A stretch of DNA of 64,000 nucleotides from Coleofasciculus chthonoplastes F2-STO-03 (GCA_040222015.1 JAVJWO010000040.1:64001-128000), one strand, 5' to 3'. Shown: positions 22,078-32,873, counted from the stretch's first letter. Made by a program: numbers and translations. The notes: generated by a model not told the origin, from the letters alone.

Positions 22078-24807
22078 ATGAAACTAACGCTTTCTCGCTT
22101 GTACAATCTGTTGCTTACTGCTTGCGACGATCTGCGCGGTAGTATGGATGCTAGTGAGTACAAAGAGTATGTCTTTGGCATGTTGTTCTTGAAGCGGGCA
22201 AGCGATCTCTTTGACCAACGCCGTGCTGAGTTACAAGCAGAGTTAGCAGCTAGAGGCATGGCTGAAGAAGACATCGAGGTAGAGTTAGAAGACCCCGATA
22301 ATTACTCTAGCAAATACTTCTATGTGCCACCTCGCGCCCGCTGGAATGAGGGCTGGCAAGAAGAAGTGATTGATGATAATGGTCAGCGTCAAATCGTCAA
22401 GCATCCGGCTCTCAAGCATGTTAAAAATAATGTCGGTACGACTCTCAATAAAGCTCTAGAGGCAATTGAAGATGCTAACCCGGATGTACTAGAAGATGTA
22501 CTCAAGGGCATTAACTTTAACCGCAAAATCGGGCAGCGAACGCTGGACGACGATACATTGTCTGATTTTTTGCAGAACTTCGAGAAGATTCCTTTAAAAG
22601 ACAGCGATTTTGAGTTTCCCGATCTGTTGGGGGCAGCTTACGAGTGGCTAATCAAATACTTTGCTGACTCGGCGGGCAAAAAAGCGGGAGAATTTTATAC
22701 CCCAGCGGAGGTGGTGCGGGTTTGCGTCGAAATTTGTGACCCAGAGGAGGGGATGCGGGTATATGACCCTACTGTCGGCTCAGGTGGGATGCTGATTCAA
22801 ATGCGGGACTATCTGCGGGAAAAGGGGAGAAATGCAGAGGAACTGGCTCTGTTTGGACAGGAGAAAATGGGGACAACCTGGTCTATCTGCAAGATGAATA
22901 TGCTGCTGCATGGCATCTCCCATGCGGATATTCGTCAAGCGGATACCATCCGCGAACCCCAGCACTTAGACGAAAATAACGAACTCAAACGCTTCGATCG
23001 CGTCTTAGCCAATCCCCCCTTTAGCCAGAACTATATTAAAAAAGATCTGGTATTCACCGGACGGTTTCCGGTGATGATGCCGGAAAAGGGTAAGAAGGCT
23101 GACCTGATGTTTGTGCAGCACATGCTGGCGGTGTTGAAGCACGATGGTCGCTCGGCAACAGTAATGCCCCACGGTGTGCTATTTCGAGGGGGAGAGGAGC
23201 ATGAAGCCCGCAAATACTTTATCAATCACGGTTATCTAGAAGCGATTATTGGTCTGCCTAGTAACCTGTTTTATGGCACTGGGATTCCGGCGTGCATTCT
23301 CGTGCTGAATAAGATGGGGGCGACGACTCGCGATCGCGTGCTGTTTATCAATGCCGATCGCGAATACCGTGAGGGCAAAGCGCAGAACTTCCTGCGCCCC
23401 GAAGATGTTGATAAAATTGTCTATGCCTATCGCACCAAGGAAAACATTCCCGCCTATGCGCGGTTAGTGCCCAGGGCGGAGATTGCTGAGGAGGACTACA
23501 ACTGCAATATCCGGCGTTATGTGGACAATGCCCCACCGCCCGAACCCCATGATGTGCGTGCCCATCTGCATGGGGGTGTGCCCAAGGTGGAAGTCGATAG
23601 CCTCGAACACTTTTGGCAGAACTATGGGCAGTTGCGAGAGGATGCCTTTGTGCCCCGTGATCAGACTTATCTTGACTTTGCCCCAGTGCTGACGAGTAAG
23701 CGCGACATTGCCGACTTTGTGGCGACTCACCAAAGTGCGATCGCTCGTCACCAGCAGTTTATGGGAACGCTAGAGGAGTGGTGGCAGGAAAATCTACCCA
23801 TTGTGGAGGCTCTAGCCCCCGATGCAGCGAATCAGGAAGCTCGCCCCCGGAATGTCTATATTATGCGGAGTCGTTTGCTCAGGAGCATTGAAGAGAAATT
23901 AGCCAACCAGCAGTTACTTACCTCCTTTCAGGTGCGGGGGGCATTTGCTAACTATGTGGACACATTGAAGGCAGATTTTAAGTCCATTGCAGCCAGTGGT
24001 TGGGGGGCAGAACTGATTCCCGATGAGGATATTTTGCAGAGCCAGTTCCCGGAAGTTTTGGAGGAATTGGAGCAAGCGCAGACTCGTCTGGCGGAGTTAC
24101 AGGCACTATTTGCTGCTGCTGATGCGGAAGATTTTGAGGATACCGACGACACGGGGGTATTGCCTAGTGAGGAGGTGAAAAGTCAAAAAGAGGAGTTGAA
24201 GACTTGGACGACGGAGTGGAAGGCGCAGATCAAACAGGTTAAAGCTTTGGCTGGCAATATCTTCACTGAAATTAAGGCAGCGAATTTGTTACCCCCAGGT
24301 GCTAAGAAAGGCTTTTATTGCACTGAAGGATTTACCCAAAAAGAGGTGCTGTTTACTAACGGTAATCGTATTCTGGAGCTTGCTGCTGATGTGGGTCATA
24401 TCAGTGAGTATGCTATTCCTTTGAAAGAGGCAATGGAACGGGGACAACACGCCTATAATCAGGCAGCAAGGATTACCGCCAGCTTGGAGCGTCACAAGGC
24501 TTTAGAAGATGAAGTGAGAACGCTCCGGGCTAATATTAGGAGTATTGAGCATAATCGCGATGAACTGGTGCAAAGTGCCCGTGAAAAGATTTCTACGGAT
24601 GAAGCTCGCACGGTGATTATTGAGCGTCTGCGGAAGACGCTGATGGAGATTTATGAAACTTATTTACGGGCGGATCAGCGGGCTTGTGTGCGGGCGGTTG
24701 AGAATTTGTGGGAGAAGTATGCGGTGACAGCGAAGGAGATTGAAGCAGCAAGGGATGCAGCAGCGCAGGAGTTACAGGCGTTTTTGGTGGAGTTGGGATA
24801 TGAGTGA
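22078..24807 (+). CDS. hsdM: Type I restriction-modification methyltransferase subunit M (long C-terminal extension)
   Basis: [37 protein letters not shown] and PHGVLFRG. Confidence 0.95.
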   Translation: MKLTLSRLYNLLLTACDDLRGSMDASEYKEYVFGMLFLKRASDLFDQRRAELQAELAARGMAEEDIEVELEDPDNYSSKYFYVPPRARWNEGWQEEVIDDNGQRQIVKHPALKHVKNNVGTTLNKALEAIEDANPDVLEDVLKGINFNRKIGQRTLDDDTLSDFLQNFEKIPLKDSDFEFPDLLGAAYEWLIKYFADSAGKKAGEFYTPAEVVRVCVEICDPEEGMRVYDPTVGSGGMLIQMRDYLREKGRNAEELALFGQEKMGTTWSICKMNMLLHGISHADIRQADTIREPQHLDENNELKRFDRVLANPPFSQNYIKKDLVFTGRFPVMMPEKGKKADLMFVQHMLAVLKHDGRSATVMPHGVLFRGGEEHEARKYFINHGYLEAIIGLPSNLFYGTGIPACILVLNKMGATTRDRVLFINADREYREGKAQNFLRPEDVDKIVYAYRTKENIPAYARLVPRAEIAEEDYNCNIRRYVDNAPPPEPHDVRAHLHGGVPKVEVDSLEHFWQNYGQLREDAFVPRDQTYLDFAPVLTSKRDIADFVATHQSAIARHQQFMGTLEEWWQENLPIVEALAPDAANQEARPRNVYIMRSRLLRSIEEKLANQQLLTSFQVRGAFANYVDTLKADFKSIAASGWGAELIPDEDILQSQFPEVLEELEQAQTRLAELQALFAAADAEDFEDTDDTGVLPSEEVKSQKEELKTWTTEWKAQIKQVKALAGNIFTEIKAANLLPPGAKKGFYCTEGFTQKEVLFTNGNRILELAADVGHISEYAIPLKEAMERGQHAYNQAARITASLERHKALEDEVRTLRANIRSIEHNRDELVQSAREKISTDEARTVIIERLRKTLMEIYETYLRADQRACVRAVENLWEKYAVTAKEIEAARDAAAQELQAFLVELGYE

Positions 24808-26089
24808 GGATATATACATTTCCCTTGGTGATGTAGCTCATATCATTGACCCTCATCCAAGTCATCGAGCACCTGAGGAAGTTAAGGAAGGAATACCGTT
24901 TGCGGGAATAGGAGATATTAGTGAGACAGGTAATCTTATTCATGGAAGAGGAAGGACTGTACCAAAAAGAATACTGTCTGAACACTCACTTAGATATCAG
25001 CTTTCGGGAAACACTATCGGTTTTGGACGAGTCGCAACCATTGGAAAGGTCATCGACTTTCAGGAAGGAATCAGAGATTTAGTTCTGTCTCCTACTATGG
25101 CTGTAATCGAACCTCACACAATTGATCGTGATTATCTGTTAGCAGTTCTTGGGAGTCAAAAAGTAAAGAAGACTATAGATAAATGGCTTACAGGCTCTAC
25201 TCGGTCATCCTTAGGTATAGAGTTGCTTCGTGATATCCCAGTACCAGATCTTCCCAGGAGAAAGCAGGAAAAGATCGGGAGAGTGTATAGAACCTTAAGT
25301 AACGCGATCGCACATACAGAAGCCCTGATCGAGAAATACCAGCAGATTAAGGCAGGGCTGATGCACGACTTGTTTACCCGTGGCATTGGTGCGGATGGCA
25401 AGCTGCGCCCTCCCCGTGACGAAGCGCCGGAGTTGTATCAGGAGAGTGCGATCGGTTGGATTCCTAAGGATTGGAATTGGGAAATCGTTGCTGATTTATG
25501 TTCCCAAGTAGTTGACTGTCCTCACTCAACACCTATATATCGTGACTCAGGGATTCCATGCATTAGAACTGCTGACATGGAACCGGGAGAATTGATTCTA
25601 GAGCAAGCATATTGCGTGGATGAAAAGGACTATAAGATCCGAACTCAAAGGCTAGTTCCAAAAGAAGGAGATATTATATACTCCCGAGAAGGTGAACGAC
25701 TTGGCATTGCATCACCTGTAGGCATTAAAAAGGTCTGCCTTGGACAAAGGGTTATGTTATTACGCCCAGATTCAAATACAGATCCAAGCTTTTTACTTTG
25801 GAGTATGAATCATATTGATTTTTACAGAAGAGTCGTTAGAGGTTTAGGTGCAACGACTTCACCTCATGTGAATGTTGGAGACATTAAAGCAATACCAATA
25901 TCAGTGCCAACATATAGAGAGCAGGTTCTCATTGGAGAGAAAATAAACGCAGTTCAAGGTGTTTTAAACCGAGAAAAAAAATTCAGAGCGAAGCTACAGC
26001 AGAAGAAAAACGGTCTGATGCATGATCTCCTCACTGGCAAAGTTCCCGTCAAAGTCCATTCTGATGAAGTGGATCATATCTCAAACTAG
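24800..26089 (+). CDS. hsdS: Type I RM specificity subunit S
   Basis: Two variable TRDs, each followed by a conserved helix ending GLMHDL(F/L)T; overlaps the hsdM stop. Confidence 0.93.
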   Translation: MSEDIYISLGDVAHIIDPHPSHRAPEEVKEGIPFAGIGDISETGNLIHGRGRTVPKRILSEHSLRYQLSGNTIGFGRVATIGKVIDFQEGIRDLVLSPTMAVIEPHTIDRDYLLAVLGSQKVKKTIDKWLTGSTRSSLGIELLRDIPVPDLPRRKQEKIGRVYRTLSNAIAHTEALIEKYQQIKAGLMHDLFTRGIGADGKLRPPRDEAPELYQESAIGWIPKDWNWEIVADLCSQVVDCPHSTPIYRDSGIPCIRTADMEPGELILEQAYCVDEKDYKIRTQRLVPKEGDIIYSREGERLGIASPVGIKKVCLGQRVMLLRPDSNTDPSFLLWSMNHIDFYRRVVRGLGATTSPHVNVGDIKAIPISVPTYREQVLIGEKINAVQGVLNREKKFRAKLQQKKNGLMHDLLTGKVPVKVHSDEVDHISN

Positions 26090-26155
26090 CCCCATCGCCT
26101 GTCCTGATAGCAATGCTATCATCAGCATAAGTAATTCCTTCAAAACCCCATCGCT

Positions 26156-26416
26156 ATGGCTAATCTAATTGTTCGTAACATCGACGATGCCATTGTCAAA
26201 GCACTGAAACAACGGGCTAGTCGCCACGGCATTAGTACCGAAGCCGAACATCGCAAAATCCTAGAGCAAGTCCTATTGCATCCGCCCCAAAAATCCTTTG
26301 CTGAAGTGCTTCGCCTCATTCCCAATGTTGGCAAAGATACCGACTTTGAACGATCTTTGACAGTCTCATACCCCCCAAATCCCCCAAATCCCCCAAATCA
26401 TGAAAACCAATATTGA
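26156..26416 (+). CDS. FitA-like ribbon-helix-helix antitoxin (orphan; 3' end runs into CCCCCAAAT repeats)
   Basis: MANLIVRNIDDAIVKALKQRASRHGISTEAEHRKIL. Confidence 0.85.
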   Translation: MANLIVRNIDDAIVKALKQRASRHGISTEAEHRKILEQVLLHPPQKSFAEVLRLIPNVGKDTDFERSLTVSYPPNPPNPPNHENQY

Positions 26417-26594
26417 AATAGACGAAGCCTTAATTGCCGATGCCCTGCAAACCACTGGGCTAACCACCACCGATCAAGTAATCGAGTTGGCTCTAAAAAC
26501 GCTATTACAGCTCAAGCACCAAGAAAAAATCAAAGCTTTTCGAGGCAAGTTGTCCTGGGAGGGCGACCTCGACCTGATGAGGACAGATACATGA
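26400..26594 (+). CDS. vapB: VapB-type antitoxin (orphan)
   Basis: MKTNIEIDEALIADAL...VIELALK...RGKLSWEGDLDLMR. Confidence 0.85.
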   Translation: MKTNIEIDEALIADALQTTGLTTTDQVIELALKTLLQLKHQEKIKAFRGKLSWEGDLDLMRTDT

Positions 26595-26623
26595 TTTTAG
26601 TCGATTCCAGCCTTATCAGGTAG
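26591..26623 (+). pseudogene. vapC: VapC PIN toxin stub
   Basis: ATGA overlap with the vapB stop; reads MILVDSS (canonical first strand of a PIN domain), then LIR*. Confidence 0.65.
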
Positions 26624-26626
26624 CTT

Positions 26627-29600
26627 ATGTCTGAATATACCGAAGTCGAACAGCCATTTCTACAGCAGTTACAAACCCTCGGTTGGCAAATTATCGACCA
26701 GGGCGCACAAATCCCCAGTGACCCCACCAAAAGCCTACGGGCTAACTTTCGGCAGTGGCTGCTTCCCCAGGTCTTTAACCAAGCCGTCGCAGCCCTCAAC
26801 ACTAACGCCGACGGCACTTCCTGGCTCACCCCCAAACAACTCCAAGACCTGCAAGACCAAATCCTGCGCCAGCCCAACCGCACCCTCCTCGAAGCCAACG
26901 AAGCCATTCAAAAACTGCTGTTCAAGTCCCAAGTCGATGTCAACGAACAAACCGGGGAAGAAGACCCTGTAGTAAAACTGATCGACTTTGCAAATCCCAA
27001 GAACAACCAGTTTCACGCCATCAACCAGTTCCGCATCGATACACCGGGCTGCGTGAAGCAATACATCATTCCCGACATTGTGCTATTCGTGAACGGCATC
27101 CCCTTGGTGGTGGTCGAGTGCAAAAAAGGTAGTGCCACCTGCGCCAACCCCATGTCCGCAGCCTTTGAGCAGCTCCAGCGTTACATGAACCAGCGAGAGG
27201 AGACCACCCGGCATGGTTTACGGGAAGGAGAACCGCGCCTGTTTCATCCCAATCTGTTCGTAGTTCGCAGCACAGGCGTTGAGGCTGACTATGGTACGAT
27301 CACCTCCGAAGCAGAGCATTTCTATCCCTGGAAAACCCAGTATCCTCAACCAGAGAGTACCGCCGAAGGGCTGAACCAACAACAGCAACTCATCAACGGT
27401 ATGCTCAATAAAACCAACCTACTGAGCATCTTGCGGACTTCTAGCGTCTTTATGGACAGCGATAGCGGTCCCCGCATTAAAGTGGTGTGCCGTTACCAAC
27501 AGTTTCGAGCAGCCAACAAAATTATCGAACGTCTACGCCAAGGTCAAACCGCAGCCGAAAAAAGTGGTGTTGTTTGGCATACCCAAGGATCGGGCAAAAG
27601 CCTGACAATGGTATTTATGGCGCGGATGCTGCGGGCATCGTCAGACCTGAGCGACTACAAAATCGTGCTGATTAACGATCGCGTCGATCTCGAAAAGCAG
27701 TTGTCTAAAACCGCCACCCTGATTGGCGGGCGGGTTTATCCTATCGAAAGCACCCAAGCCCTCCGAGACCACCTATCAACAGATGCCTCCGATATCAATA
27801 TGGTGATGGTGCATAAGTTTCAGCAGCGCGATCGGGTCATGCCCCTGAAAGTTGCCGAAGCCCTGGGGACTTATCGCCCTATTCCTAGCAACCAGACCTT
27901 TGGCGTAGTCAATCACTCCTCCCGCATCGTGCTGATGATTGACGAGGCTCACCGCACCCAAAGCTCCGACCTGGGCGATAACGTCTTTGAAGCCTTTCCC
28001 AACGCTGCCCGTCTTGCCTTCACTGGCACCCCACTGATTACAGAGCGACACGGTGAAAAGAAAACCCATAAACGCTTTGGCAGCTACATCGACACCTATC
28101 GGCTCATGGATGCCGTACCCGACGGCACTACGCTACAAATTTTGTACGAAGGTCGTACCTCCGACGATGCCCTCAACGATAAACACGGCTTTGAAACCCG
28201 CTTTGAAAATCTCTTTCGCGATCGCAGTGACGAAGAGTTACTAGCAATCAAGAAAAAATACGGAGCGACAGGCGACTTGTTAGAAGCCGAGCAACGGATT
28301 GGCGCGATCGCCCAAGACCTAGTGAAACACTACCTAGAAAATATTTTCCCTAACGGCTTTAAAGCCCAAGTCGTGTGCCATTCTAAACTCGCTGCTGTGC
28401 GTTATCAAAAAGCAATCCATCAAGCCTTAGCCGACACCGTAGCCCGCTTAAAGGCGCAACCTAACCCCGACCTCGAACTGATCCGCAAAGTACGCTTCCT
28501 CAAGGCAGCAGTGGTAATCTCCGGCAGTGGCACTAATGAGCCTACCTACGTCACCGAAGCCCGCCAGCAAGTCCGAGCTTGGAATGCCGTCGATAACTTT
28601 TGCCGTCCCTTCGACTTTGACGATCCCGATAAGCCTCATACTGGCATTGCCTTTTTGGTTGTGTGTGACATGCTACTCACGGGCTTTGATGCCCCCATTG
28701 AGCAGGTGATGTATCTCGACAAAAAAATGAAAGAGCATACATTGCTACAAGCGATCGCCCGCACCAACCGAGTCAAGAAAGGCAAACAGCGGGGCTACAT
28801 CGTCGATTACATCGGTCTCACCGAAAATCTGACGGAGGCTCTGACTCTGTATGCAGCCACTAATGAACAACAGGAATTGGCTCAGGGCTTAAAAAGCATT
28901 GCCTCTGAGATGCCCGTGTTAGAGGAGCGATATCAACGCCTGCTACAGCTATTTGCAGAGCATAAGGTCGCCAAAGTACGGGAATATGCCGAAGGGAACC
29001 TAGAGACCATCCAAGCAGATGCTGCTGTGGTTCATGAGGCGGTTAAGCTACTCAAAAACGAGAAAATCCGGGCTGACTTTGAGGTCTATCTAAAAAAATT
29101 CCTGGCGAGTCTGGATATTATCCTGCCCAACTCCATTGCTCAAAAATACCGAGTGCCTGCCAAACGGTTGGGCTATATCCTCCAAGTCACCAAAGAGCGT
29201 TACAAAGACACTAGCCTCAACCTGGGCGATGCTGGCAAAAAAGTCCGGGATCTAATCAACGAGCATTTGATTAGTCTGGGCATCAACCCCAAAGTGCCTC
29301 CCGTAGAGCTGCTATCGCCAGACTTTATGGCGCAACTTAACCAGCACGCGGGTAACAACGACGAAGCCAAGGCTAGTGAAATGGAGCATGCCATCCGCAA
29401 GCACTGCACTGTCCACCACGATGAAGACCCAGCCTTTTATCAAAGCCTATCGGAGAAAGTCGAGTACCTAATCGAAGAATATCACGACCGCTGGGACAAG
29501 CTCGCCAAAGAGTTAGAGAAAATCCGCGAAGAGGCGATCGCGGGTCGTCAGCAGGGTGAAGAGGGCATGAGCAAAGAAGCAACAACCTTCTACGAACACA

Positions 29601-29887
29601 TCGCCAACCAGGTCTTTGAAAATGGAGAGATACCCCCAGATGCCAAACCCAAGATCAAGGTGCTGATGGAAGCAGTTGTCGAAACCTTACAAGATAGTAT
29701 TGGCAGCATCGATTTCTGGAATAATAGCGATAAGCAAAAGCGAACCCGCAGTGAAATCAAGACTGCACTTACCCTTACTGGCATTGTCGAGTTGAAAGTA
29801 AATCGTGAACGGATCGCCGTTGAAATTATGAAACTCGCCAAAAACCGCCACAACGAACTATTGAAAGGTACGACTGACAACCCATGA
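26627..29887 (+). CDS. hsdR: Type I RM restriction subunit R
   Basis: PDIVLFVNGIPLVVVECK nuclease motif; WHTQGSGKS; IDEAHR; FTGTP; DMLLTGFDAP; QAIARTNR. Confidence 0.96.
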   Translation: MSEYTEVEQPFLQQLQTLGWQIIDQGAQIPSDPTKSLRANFRQWLLPQVFNQAVAALNTNADGTSWLTPKQLQDLQDQILRQPNRTLLEANEAIQKLLFKSQVDVNEQTGEEDPVVKLIDFANPKNNQFHAINQFRIDTPGCVKQYIIPDIVLFVNGIPLVVVECKKGSATCANPMSAAFEQLQRYMNQREETTRHGLREGEPRLFHPNLFVVRSTGVEADYGTITSEAEHFYPWKTQYPQPESTAEGLNQQQQLINGMLNKTNLLSILRTSSVFMDSDSGPRIKVVCRYQQFRAANKIIERLRQGQTAAEKSGVVWHTQGSGKSLTMVFMARMLRASSDLSDYKIVLINDRVDLEKQLSKTATLIGGRVYPIESTQALRDHLSTDASDINMVMVHKFQQRDRVMPLKVAEALGTYRPIPSNQTFGVVNHSSRIVLMIDEAHRTQSSDLGDNVFEAFPNAARLAFTGTPLITERHGEKKTHKRFGSYIDTYRLMDAVPDGTTLQILYEGRTSDDALNDKHGFETRFENLFRDRSDEELLAIKKKYGATGDLLEAEQRIGAIAQDLVKHYLENIFPNGFKAQVVCHSKLAAVRYQKAIHQALADTVARLKAQPNPDLELIRKVRFLKAAVVISGSGTNEPTYVTEARQQVRAWNAVDNFCRPFDFDDPDKPHTGIAFLVVCDMLLTGFDAPIEQVMYLDKKMKEHTLLQAIARTNRVKKGKQRGYIVDYIGLTENLTEALTLYAATNEQQELAQGLKSIASEMPVLEERYQRLLQLFAEHKVAKVREYAEGNLETIQADAAVVHEAVKLLKNEKIRADFEVYLKKFLASLDIILPNSIAQKYRVPAKRLGYILQVTKERYKDTSLNLGDAGKKVRDLINEHLISLGINPKVPPVELLSPDFMAQLNQHAGNNDEAKASEMEHAIRKHCTVHHDEDPAFYQSLSEKVEYLIEEYHDRWDKLAKELEKIREEAIAGRQQGEEGMSKEATTFYEHIANQVFENGEIPPDAKPKIKVLMEAVVETLQDSIGSIDFWNNSDKQKRTRSEIKTALTLTGIVELKVNRERIAVEIMKLAKNRHNELLKGTTDNP

Positions 29888-30591
29888 ATATCCGCTGTGT
29901 CAGAGATATAGAATACCAGTTACTACCTGGTAGCCCGCGTAAAACCACCGATATTGTGATTGAGCGTGATGGCAGAGTAACTTTGCGCCCACCGATTGAT
30001 TACACCCCCGAACAAGCCGATGCAGTAGTAGAAAGCAAGCGTCTATGGATCTACCGCAACTTGGCTGAATGGAAAGACCTCAATGCCAGTGCTGTAGTGC
30101 GCGAGTGGGTCAACGGTGAAACCTTTCTGTACCTGGGTCGTACCTATCGTTTGGCACTCGTATCAAATCAAGACCGTGCCCTCAAGCTCAAAGAAGGCTA
30201 CTTTTGCTTAGATCGTAGAATTGTTGAGCAAGGCGGTAATGCAGCAGCAAAACAAGCATTTATATCGTATTTCATCGAGAAGGGTCAGCAACGTTTTCGC
30301 GATCGGGTTAAATATTTTGCTCCTAAAGTCGGCGTTCAGCCTGTGGGAGTCAAAGTCAAAGACATGGGCTACCGCTGGGCTAGTTGTGGCACAAGTGGCT
30401 GGCTTAATTTTCATTGGAAAGGCATGATGGCATCACCCAGAATTATTGATTACATTGTGGTTCATGAGCTATGCCATTTCCACCACCGTAATCATAGCGA
30501 TCTCTTCTGGAACGAAGTAGATAAGGTGATGCCCGACTACCGGGAGAGAAAAGAGTGGCTTAGAAAAAATGGTGCCAGTTTGACCGTATAG
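29884..30591 (+). CDS. YgjP/DUF45 (M48-like) metal-dependent hydrolase
   Basis: RWASC, IDYIVVHELCH and HSDLFW; commonly follows hsdR. Confidence 0.9.
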   Translation: MNIRCVRDIEYQLLPGSPRKTTDIVIERDGRVTLRPPIDYTPEQADAVVESKRLWIYRNLAEWKDLNASAVVREWVNGETFLYLGRTYRLALVSNQDRALKLKEGYFCLDRRIVEQGGNAAAKQAFISYFIEKGQQRFRDRVKYFAPKVGVQPVGVKVKDMGYRWASCGTSGWLNFHWKGMMASPRIIDYIVVHELCHFHHRNHSDLFWNEVDKVMPDYRERKEWLRKNGASLTV

Positions 30592-30637
30592 GCAACTTAG
30601 ACCATCGCATCGACAATTTGAGAATACTGTTGTTTTA

Positions 30638-31237
30638 TCAAAAACCTAGAAATTCATCGATGAGATTGTTTCGCTCATCTTCAGATAACTGATAGAATAC
30701 CTTTTTAGCCAGCTCTGGAGAGGCATTTTTGGAAAACCAGTCACTATTAGGGTTATCTTGTATTACCAAAAAATATTGTAATCGTTTCTCTATCGCCTCT
30801 TTGTCTGATTTGTCTAACTGTCCTATGCGCTTCAACCAATGATGGTTAGAATCTTTAAAACAGTTACCATCAACAGTGTATATTTGATGTATTAAAGCAT
30901 AATATTCAGTATCAAGCTCATTCCTTTGAGTTGGATTAATCGGGTAAACCGTTGGTAAACCCTTGTATATCTCTCGTGAACTCAATGGGATAATTGCAAA
31001 TGTCTGCATGTCATCCGAGTTATTTCTAAATTGCTCACTTGTCCAAACAAGGTGAGGATGACTGCCTCTCAAAACTCGACTAGCATTAAGCTTTTCTGTA
31101 CAATCTTTATGATTACACTCGATCTGACTGGGTTCTTGTAAATCATAAATATGAACATGACCCTGCTTACAGCGCAAAGAAACACGATCAGGATTAATCA
31201 AGTAGATCCATCCTTGCCGAGGTTTTTGTCCAGCCAT
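30638..31237 (-). CDS. PemK/MazF-like toxin with Cys/His-rich insertion
   Basis: PRQGWIYLIN...RGSHPHLVW...FAIIPLSS...ALIHQIYTVD...RIGQL fits the PemK fold; 1 bp downstream of the antitoxin gene. Confidence 0.7.
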   Translation of the reverse strand: MAGQKPRQGWIYLINPDRVSLRCKQGHVHIYDLQEPSQIECNHKDCTEKLNASRVLRGSHPHLVWTSEQFRNNSDDMQTFAIIPLSSREIYKGLPTVYPINPTQRNELDTEYYALIHQIYTVDGNCFKDSNHHWLKRIGQLDKSDKEAIEKRLQYFLVIQDNPNSDWFSKNASPELAKKVFYQLSEDERNNLIDEFLGF

Positions 31238-31238
31238 T

Positions 31239-31721
31239 TTACAAACCTAACTCACTCACCAATTTTTCTCGTTCGGCGTTTAAATTGAGCTTAACTGTTT
31301 CTTCAGCTTGATGAATTTGCCTCATTTCCAGCATTGGAGCCGTATTCTGTACATAATCTAATAACTGTTCAAATTTTGCGGCACTAGCCCACTCTCTTCT
31401 AATGTTATCAAGCATTAGTTTTAGACCCAAAGGTAAATTTATATCAGTTGTGATATCTGCTTCTATGCCTAGTCTAATAAAGGTAATCCTGCCTTCAGCT
31501 TCCTGGGCAATCTCTTTCCCGTCCATTTGACTGAGAGCGGCGTCTATATCTTCATTCCAGGGACTACGATGGTAGTAACACCAGTTTAATTCAGTAAGCT
31601 GCTTTCCTGTCCATTTAACCGTATAAAGATCAGCCAAATATAAAAAATTAATTAGCTGTGTTTTCGTGATATGCCCTTTTGTCTTATAGACAAAATATTT
31701 GATGAGTTGCTCCAACATCAT
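31239..31721 (-). CDS. Panacea/SocA (DUF4065) family antitoxin
   Basis: ITKTQLINFLYLADLY...GKQLT...YYHRSPW...LLDYV..TAPM. Confidence 0.75.
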   Translation of the reverse strand: MMLEQLIKYFVYKTKGHITKTQLINFLYLADLYTVKWTGKQLTELNWCYYHRSPWNEDIDAALSQMDGKEIAQEAEGRITFIRLGIEADITTDINLPLGLKLMLDNIRREWASAAKFEQLLDYVQNTAPMLEMRQIHQAEETVKLNLNAEREKLVSELGL

Positions 31722-31759
31722 TACTTTTAATGCTGATACCTAGATCGTCGAGTATTATG

Positions 31760-31950
31760 AGAAACCGGGTTTCTCGCGAAGATGACAGAAATAAGCTGTT
31801 CGGCATTTAAACCTTAATGTCAATAATGGCAAAATCCTTGTAGTGCGTTAAGCGAAGCCATGCCGCAGGCTTTGCATCTTGCTCGCTACCTATTCCCAAT
31901 TTAAATGCATGACAGCTTATCAAGCTTTCACCCAAAGAAACCCGGTTTCT
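31760..31950. repeat. Paired AGAAACC(G/C)GGTTTCT palindromes (REPIN-like) with a nested MITE
   Basis: AGAAACCGGGTTTCT at 31760-31774 and AGAAACCCGGTTTCT at 31936-31950. Confidence 0.75.
31794..31917. mobile_element. 124-bp MITE (AGCTGT...ACAGCT ends, TA TSD), copy 1
   Basis: TA at 31792-31793 and 31918-31919; its reverse complement closely matches 61395-61518. Confidence 0.88.
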
Positions 31951-31965
31951 TGACCGAGGCATCCA

Positions 31966-32742
31966 TTACATACCCATGATTTCATATCCAGCATCGACAT
32001 ATAAAACCTGACCCGTGATCCCACTGGCGAGATCACTCGATAAGAAGGTGGCGGTATTGCCAACTTCTAGCTGGGTAACGGTTCGCCGTAGGGGTGCTAC
32101 CTGTTCCACATGATGAATCATATCCAAGATGCCGCCCACCGCTGAAGACGCTAGGGTGCGGATTGGACCAGCGGAAATCGCATTGACCCGAATATTACTC
32201 GGTCCCAATTCGGCGGCGAGGTAACGGACGCTCATCTCCAATCCTGACTTGGCAATCCCCATGACATTATAATTGGGGATCACCTTCACACCTCCAAGAT
32301 AGGTCAGGGTGACAATACTTCCCCCCTCTTTCATTAGGGGTTTAGCCGCAGCGGCTAATCGCGTCAGGGAATAGGTACTAATTTCTAAGGCTGTGGTAAA
32401 CCCTTGTCGCGAGGTTTGGCTAAACTCTCCCGATAAGTCCTCTTTATTGGCAAAGGCAAGGCAATGGATGAGGATGTCTAGTTTGCCCCACTGCTTCCCA
32501 ATCGACTCAAAGGTGGCGTCAATTTGAGCATCATCCTGGACGTTACAGGGTAAGAAGACACTGGGTTGTAGCGGTTCTACCAAGTCTCTGACTTTCTTCT
32601 CATAGCGTCCTTTCTCATCGGGTAAATAGGTGACTCCCAACTCAGCACCCGCTTGGTGCAACTGTTGGGCAATGCCCCAGGCGATTGATCGATTGTTGGC
32701 AATCCCAGTCACTAGGGCATTCTTTCCAGTCAAATTCAGCAT
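31966..32742 (-). CDS. fabI: Enoyl-ACP reductase
   Basis: GIANNRSIAWGIA, YNVMGIAKSGLE, AGPIRTLASS; divergent from ntcA, as is usual in cyanobacteria. Confidence 0.97.
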   Translation of the reverse strand: MLNLTGKNALVTGIANNRSIAWGIAQQLHQAGAELGVTYLPDEKGRYEKKVRDLVEPLQPSVFLPCNVQDDAQIDATFESIGKQWGKLDILIHCLAFANKEDLSGEFSQTSRQGFTTALEISTYSLTRLAAAAKPLMKEGGSIVTLTYLGGVKVIPNYNVMGIAKSGLEMSVRYLAAELGPSNIRVNAISAGPIRTLASSAVGGILDMIHHVEQVAPLRRTVTQLEVGNTATFLSSDLASGITGQVLYVDAGYEIMGM

Positions 32743-32873
32743 AGGTATCTTAATTCTTCAAGACAATAAAACAAAGAATAACCGTGTTTGGGCGATGTTC
32801 GTTGTATGATAACGCCAAACCGTTAGCTATCAACTCAATTCGTCAGGTGTCCGTTGACATCTCACCTCATTAT

